Positions 59,970 to 64,000 of a stretch of 64,000 nt of DNA are shown one piece after another. Position numbers and translations under genes: made by a program. The notes beneath the pieces are model-generated. The model did not search any database. It saw only the letters and a program-made list of their open reading frames with translations, and was not told where the DNA came from. Position 1 is the first letter of the stretch. Each line of letters opens with the position of its first letter. The DNA comes from Anthoceros angustus (lineage: Eukaryota > Plantae > Anthocerotophyta): NCBI GenBank assembly GCA_010909165.1, contig MU008158.1, forward strand, positions 2,505,478-2,569,477, written 5' to 3'.

Positions 59970-62465
59970 ATGGACCTGCGGCTTCTGCCAAGGCCCTCAT
60001 CGGCAGCCGTGACTTGCATGCGGAGCAGCGCGTGCGATCGACCGGATGTAGCGCCCGAGGCGCATGCGCGCCTGCCTGATGATTCTTGCGGCCATTGCAC
60101 TCGGGCAAAGTCCTCCTCCTCCTCTTCATCCGCCTGCGACGCATCCAGATTGCCGCTCACGCCCCTGCCGCTGCCATCGCGGCAGTCGGCGATCCCTGCG
60201 CCTCTCAGATTTCTCTGGTTCAGCAGGACGGAGCCGGATCAGGATCTTGCTAAAGATGGAAGCCTAGGTGAGGAACGGAATGCAGGAGGGAGTGGGGGGG
60301 ATTTGGCTCTAGACACGCAGACCGATTGGTTAGAGGAGGAGCCTATTACGGGAGAAAGAAGCTGGTTTTCTGCGGTTCCGAATTTGGGCTACCTTTGGAG
60401 GCGTGATGATTCAGAAGCTGAGTTGCAACAGGACTGCTTGTCGTGCAGCGGTTGCACCTTAGGTTTGCAGGATCCAGATTCCGGATTGCCTCCGGGGAGC
60501 AGGGCCAGCGTCAGCTTTGACAGGGACTCGTTTGCCAAGTATTTGCACCACATCCAATTGCCCGACCTCCAACTTGTGGCTCAGATGTCCGTTCTTTGCA
60601 ATCTGGCCTACATGATCTCGGATATCGAGGTACTCTTCTATGTCCGATGCATGAAATTTCTTGCAATTGCTTCATCACGGCGCAGCCAACGTCTCTCTTT
60701 TGTGTCAGCCGCTGGATCTTCTTGGTGAGTATCGGTTGAATTTTGTGACCTCTTCCCTGCAACGGAAGGTGCGGGCTATCAGCTGCGAAATTGGCAATTC
60801 ACCGAAGCCTGCTGCGGCAGCCCCTTCTGAACCTCAGGACAGCGTTTTCGACAGACTAGCAGGAAGTGTTAGTTTTGAAAGGGCTCAGTCCCTGGCTGGA
60901 ATGGCATCTCTGTTCTGGAAAAAGCATACCGAGGGTGCTGCCACTGATGCTGATGCGGCACCGTCTGAGGAAGCACCTCCGGTGGACCCTTTGCAAACCC
61001 GTGGGGAAGAGGAGGCATTCTATGTGGCCCCTGGCTTGCAGCTGTCTACCTCTGACGTAGCTTCCTTCATAGCTACTTCATCTGCTGCTGTCGTTCTATC
61101 GTCCCAAGACACCGCCAATCAGGCAGTTGTTGAAGAAGACATGCAACACAGCTGTCCTTGCCAATGGTTCATTTGCGACGATCAGGATAGCCACACTCGG
61201 TATTTTGTTATTCAGGTACCTCTTCTCTTACTTACACTGGCCTAGCAGTTTGACAGAGCATATTCCTTGCACCACGATTGGATCTATTTAGCACTCTACC
61301 CTATTGTTACTGCATCGAGCTAGTTAGCTGATCGTGTGGTTTTGATGGATGCAGGGATCAGAGTCGTTGGCATCGTGGCAGGCTAACCTACTTTTCGAAC
61401 CAGTGCACTTTGAGGTGAACTAGTTTTTGCATGTTCACTGCATCCTGTAGCTGCAACTGTGCTACGTCAGTCTCTGAAGCTGTGAACGAATTGGCGTTCT
61501 GTGTGATCATTCAGGACCCAAATTTGCATGTATTGGTCCACCGTGGGATATATGAAGCTTCCAAGGGTTTATACGAGCAACTACTTCCACATGTGCTCGA
61601 GTACCTAACTTGTGGCCCCGATGGTGCTCAGATACGGTTTTCTGGGCACTCCTTAGGTGGCAGTTTGGCCATGCTCATTACTCTCATGTTGCAGATCCGG
61701 GAAGTCGTCCCGTCAAGCTCTGTACTGCCTGTTATGACCTTTGGTTCTCCTGCTGTCATGTGTGGTGGAGATATCCTTTTGCGGAAGCTTGGTCTACCAC
61801 ACAATTATATACAATCCATAGTGATGCATCGTGATATTGTCCCGAGATCCTTCTCATGTGACTACCCTGAGCACGTTGCAGAAGTCCTGAGAAGAATCAA
61901 CGGAACATTCCGCAAGCATCCATGTCTATCTCATGAGGTAAGCAGTTGAGCGGGGTGTTTTCTTCAAGCAATGTTGGAAGAGTGACAGAGGTCACTGATT
62001 TGTGCTTTTTATCTTGCAATGATCCGTTTGTATGGCTTGGATGAGCAGGGACTTCTGTATTCTCCTCTGGGCCAATTGATGATTCTGCAGCCCGATAACC
62101 GACACGCTCCCAGTCATCCGTTGCTTCCTGACGGAAGTGGACTTTACATCATGGCGCAGCCGGATGTAGGAAAATCATGTACAGCCCCACTGTTAGAAGC
62201 TCAACGGGCCTTCCTCAATTCCCCTCATCCTCTTGAAATTCTGAGCGATCCTGGTGCTTATGGTCCCGAGGGTGCCATATCTAGAGATCATGATCCTCGC
62301 AGCTACGTGAGATCCCTAAAGCACGTGCTTCGCAAAGTACACAAACGCTGGAGGCGCGTCCGCAGGGAACAGCGTCGACAACTTTGGGGGCCTCTGGTTT
62401 GCAGAGAGGATTCCCAGAGGCTCCGTTCCAGGCCGGTTGTAGGCACCGTTGTGAACGTATCGTAA
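59970..62465 (+). CDS. PLIP: Class-3 lipase / phospholipase A1, PLIP1-3 family, ~688 aa; exons 59970-60629, 60709-61215, 61355-61414, 61515-61937, 62049-62465
   Basis: [10 protein letters not shown]...[65 protein letters not shown] (GxSxG), [31 protein letters not shown]. Introns are GT-AG and the exons sum to 2067 nt in frame. The Ser/Ala/Arg-rich N-terminus fits a plastid transit peptide. Confidence 0.93.
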
Positions 62466-62600
62466 GTTTGGGGAATTACATTCACACTACATACCTAGTT
62501 GTGTATAATATTATTTGTCGATTTCACCGGTGTAGAGGTGTAGTAGAAGAATATATTATAGTCCACTTGGACGGAATTTGGCGTACCTGGTCACTGTCAT

Positions 62601-64000
62601 AGTAACACCCTTCAGTGCGCAGCTAGTAAGGAAGCGACAAGTGCTGGCTTCCCAGCTAGTAAGGAAGCGACAAGTGCTGGCTTCCCAGCGGTCTAGGACC
62701 TCGTCAATTCACTCCACAAGAGACTTGCACAATTCTCAGCGCTCTCAACCTCGCAACATAGCACTAGGCTCCAAGTAGCCCGCCGTCCACTGATGACTCG
62801 CAAGCTACCTCCTCGAGGTGCTGCTCTTTATTGCAAGAATACAACGATGGAATCGGCTATCGCCCAGCCCGCTCGCCCTTGATTCCATGACAAGCTCACT
62901 AGCTAGCTCTCCACTCTCTCTCACACAAGGCTTTACGGCCTTTGCTGCTCTCTCAAAGAGTGAGTCCCACTTGTTCCTCAAAGCCCTTGCTCTAGCCCTT
63001 ATATATACCCTTAACTAGGCATGTTAAATCTAGGGATTCTTACATACCACTAATCACTAAGAGTCCTCTCTAGGCGGCTCTTCATTTGTGGTAGCAATTC
63101 CTCTCTAACAAGAGATTGCATGAAGCATGCAACACATGCATCTTCTTAACTGACTACTAACTTAGCTTTTACCTTTTTCAACTTTTCACCTTTCTACCTT
63201 GTTTCACGGTCCGTTACTCTCTCCCCAGGAAGATGTCATTGTCCTCAATGACCTCCGATGTAACGAGATCATCCATGATCCTTGTTGCACATCTTCAAGT
63301 GAAACCAGACGATGCATAACCACGAAGCCTTACGGATACTCGGTACATTACCACGCAGACGGTACTTCTCTCTGCCGAATTCAACAATCTCCGAGACCAT
63401 GATTGTGTTGAACGAGGATGACATAATCCTTCCTGTTCATATCTTCATTCTCTTCGAAATCACAAATGGTTTGACAAAGAGACATGAAACACATTATGAG
63501 AGAAGATCCATTCGAAGTAGTTTGTAAGCCACATTTCCAATGCGCTTGAACTACGAAAGGTCCTCCATACTTAGGCCTTAACTTTGAGGTCATTTGTGGT
63601 GGTGGGAAATTCTTCAATTTCACCCACACCTTGTCTCCTACTTGAACTACGCCTCTTGCACATGTACTGAAACTTCTTTTACATCACGAGCCTTGGCCAA
63701 TATCTTCTTAGCAACTTCATGCACGGCCCTTAAGCGCTCAATGAATTCACGTGGTTCTCTTCTTCTTGTCTCAAACACGCTAGCATTCAACATGGAAACT
63801 ACGTCCATTGCTTCGTTACATCATCGAAAGGTGTAGCACGTGGAGCTATGTCTGATGTTATCATAATAAAATTATGCATCCTCAAGATGATTACTCCAGT
63901 CTCGCTGGTCCATCTGTACATAGTGTCGTAAGTATTCTTCTTGGATTAATACGATAAAGTTGCAAGGGGGTGAATATACAGGAAGGGGGTTTTCTGTACA
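62601..64000 (-). mobile_element. 3' end of a degenerate Ty3/gypsy retrotransposon: integrase C-terminus, possible chromodomain remnant, PPT and 3' LTR (~62601-63218); continues off the right edge
   Basis: Minus strand: EEYLRHYVQMDQRDW, KLRPKYGGPFVV (GPF/Y motif), HNVFHVSL, KYRL...KASW. Then TGAGGACAATG...GGGGAGAG (PPT), followed by a non-coding LTR-like block with TATATATA and a perfect 33-bp tandem repeat. Confidence 0.85.

Overview
Eukaryotic nuclear DNA from a land plant. GC is moderate to high and GT-AG introns are short (~75-150 bp), which suggests a compact non-seed plant such as a hornwort or lycophyte (inference only). There are four intact-looking host genes. Three sit in a 19-28.5 kb island: an intronless RLCK-VII (PCRK/PBL19-type) kinase, a 5-exon HIR/SPFH gene and an ~18-exon mitochondrial pyruvate dehydrogenase E2-family gene (LTA3 clade). 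The fourth is a 5-exon PLIP-type class-3 lipase at 60-62.5 kb. The rest is transposon-derived. It includes a Sola-like fragment, a pogo-type deletion derivative with TIRs and TA TSD, and a full-length copia element with TSD nested in an older copia. It also includes a 10.5-kb CACTA element with TIRs and TSD that carries a three-LTR tandem non-autonomous retroelement, two copies of an uncharacterised TE-associated ORF, and the 3' end of a gypsy element. The strongest finding is that the E2-family protein has lost the catalytic DHRxxDG motif (it reads DNRVLDA), has one lipoyl domain and has an E3BP-like binding-domain loop (TGPRGI), so it is a candidate plant E3-binding protein. Second, six 0.5-1.7 kb head-to-tail duplications with junction microhomology are packed into the TE regions. 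Their copies differ mainly by indels, so long-read consensus error affects these parts. No rRNA, tRNA or CRISPR array was found.
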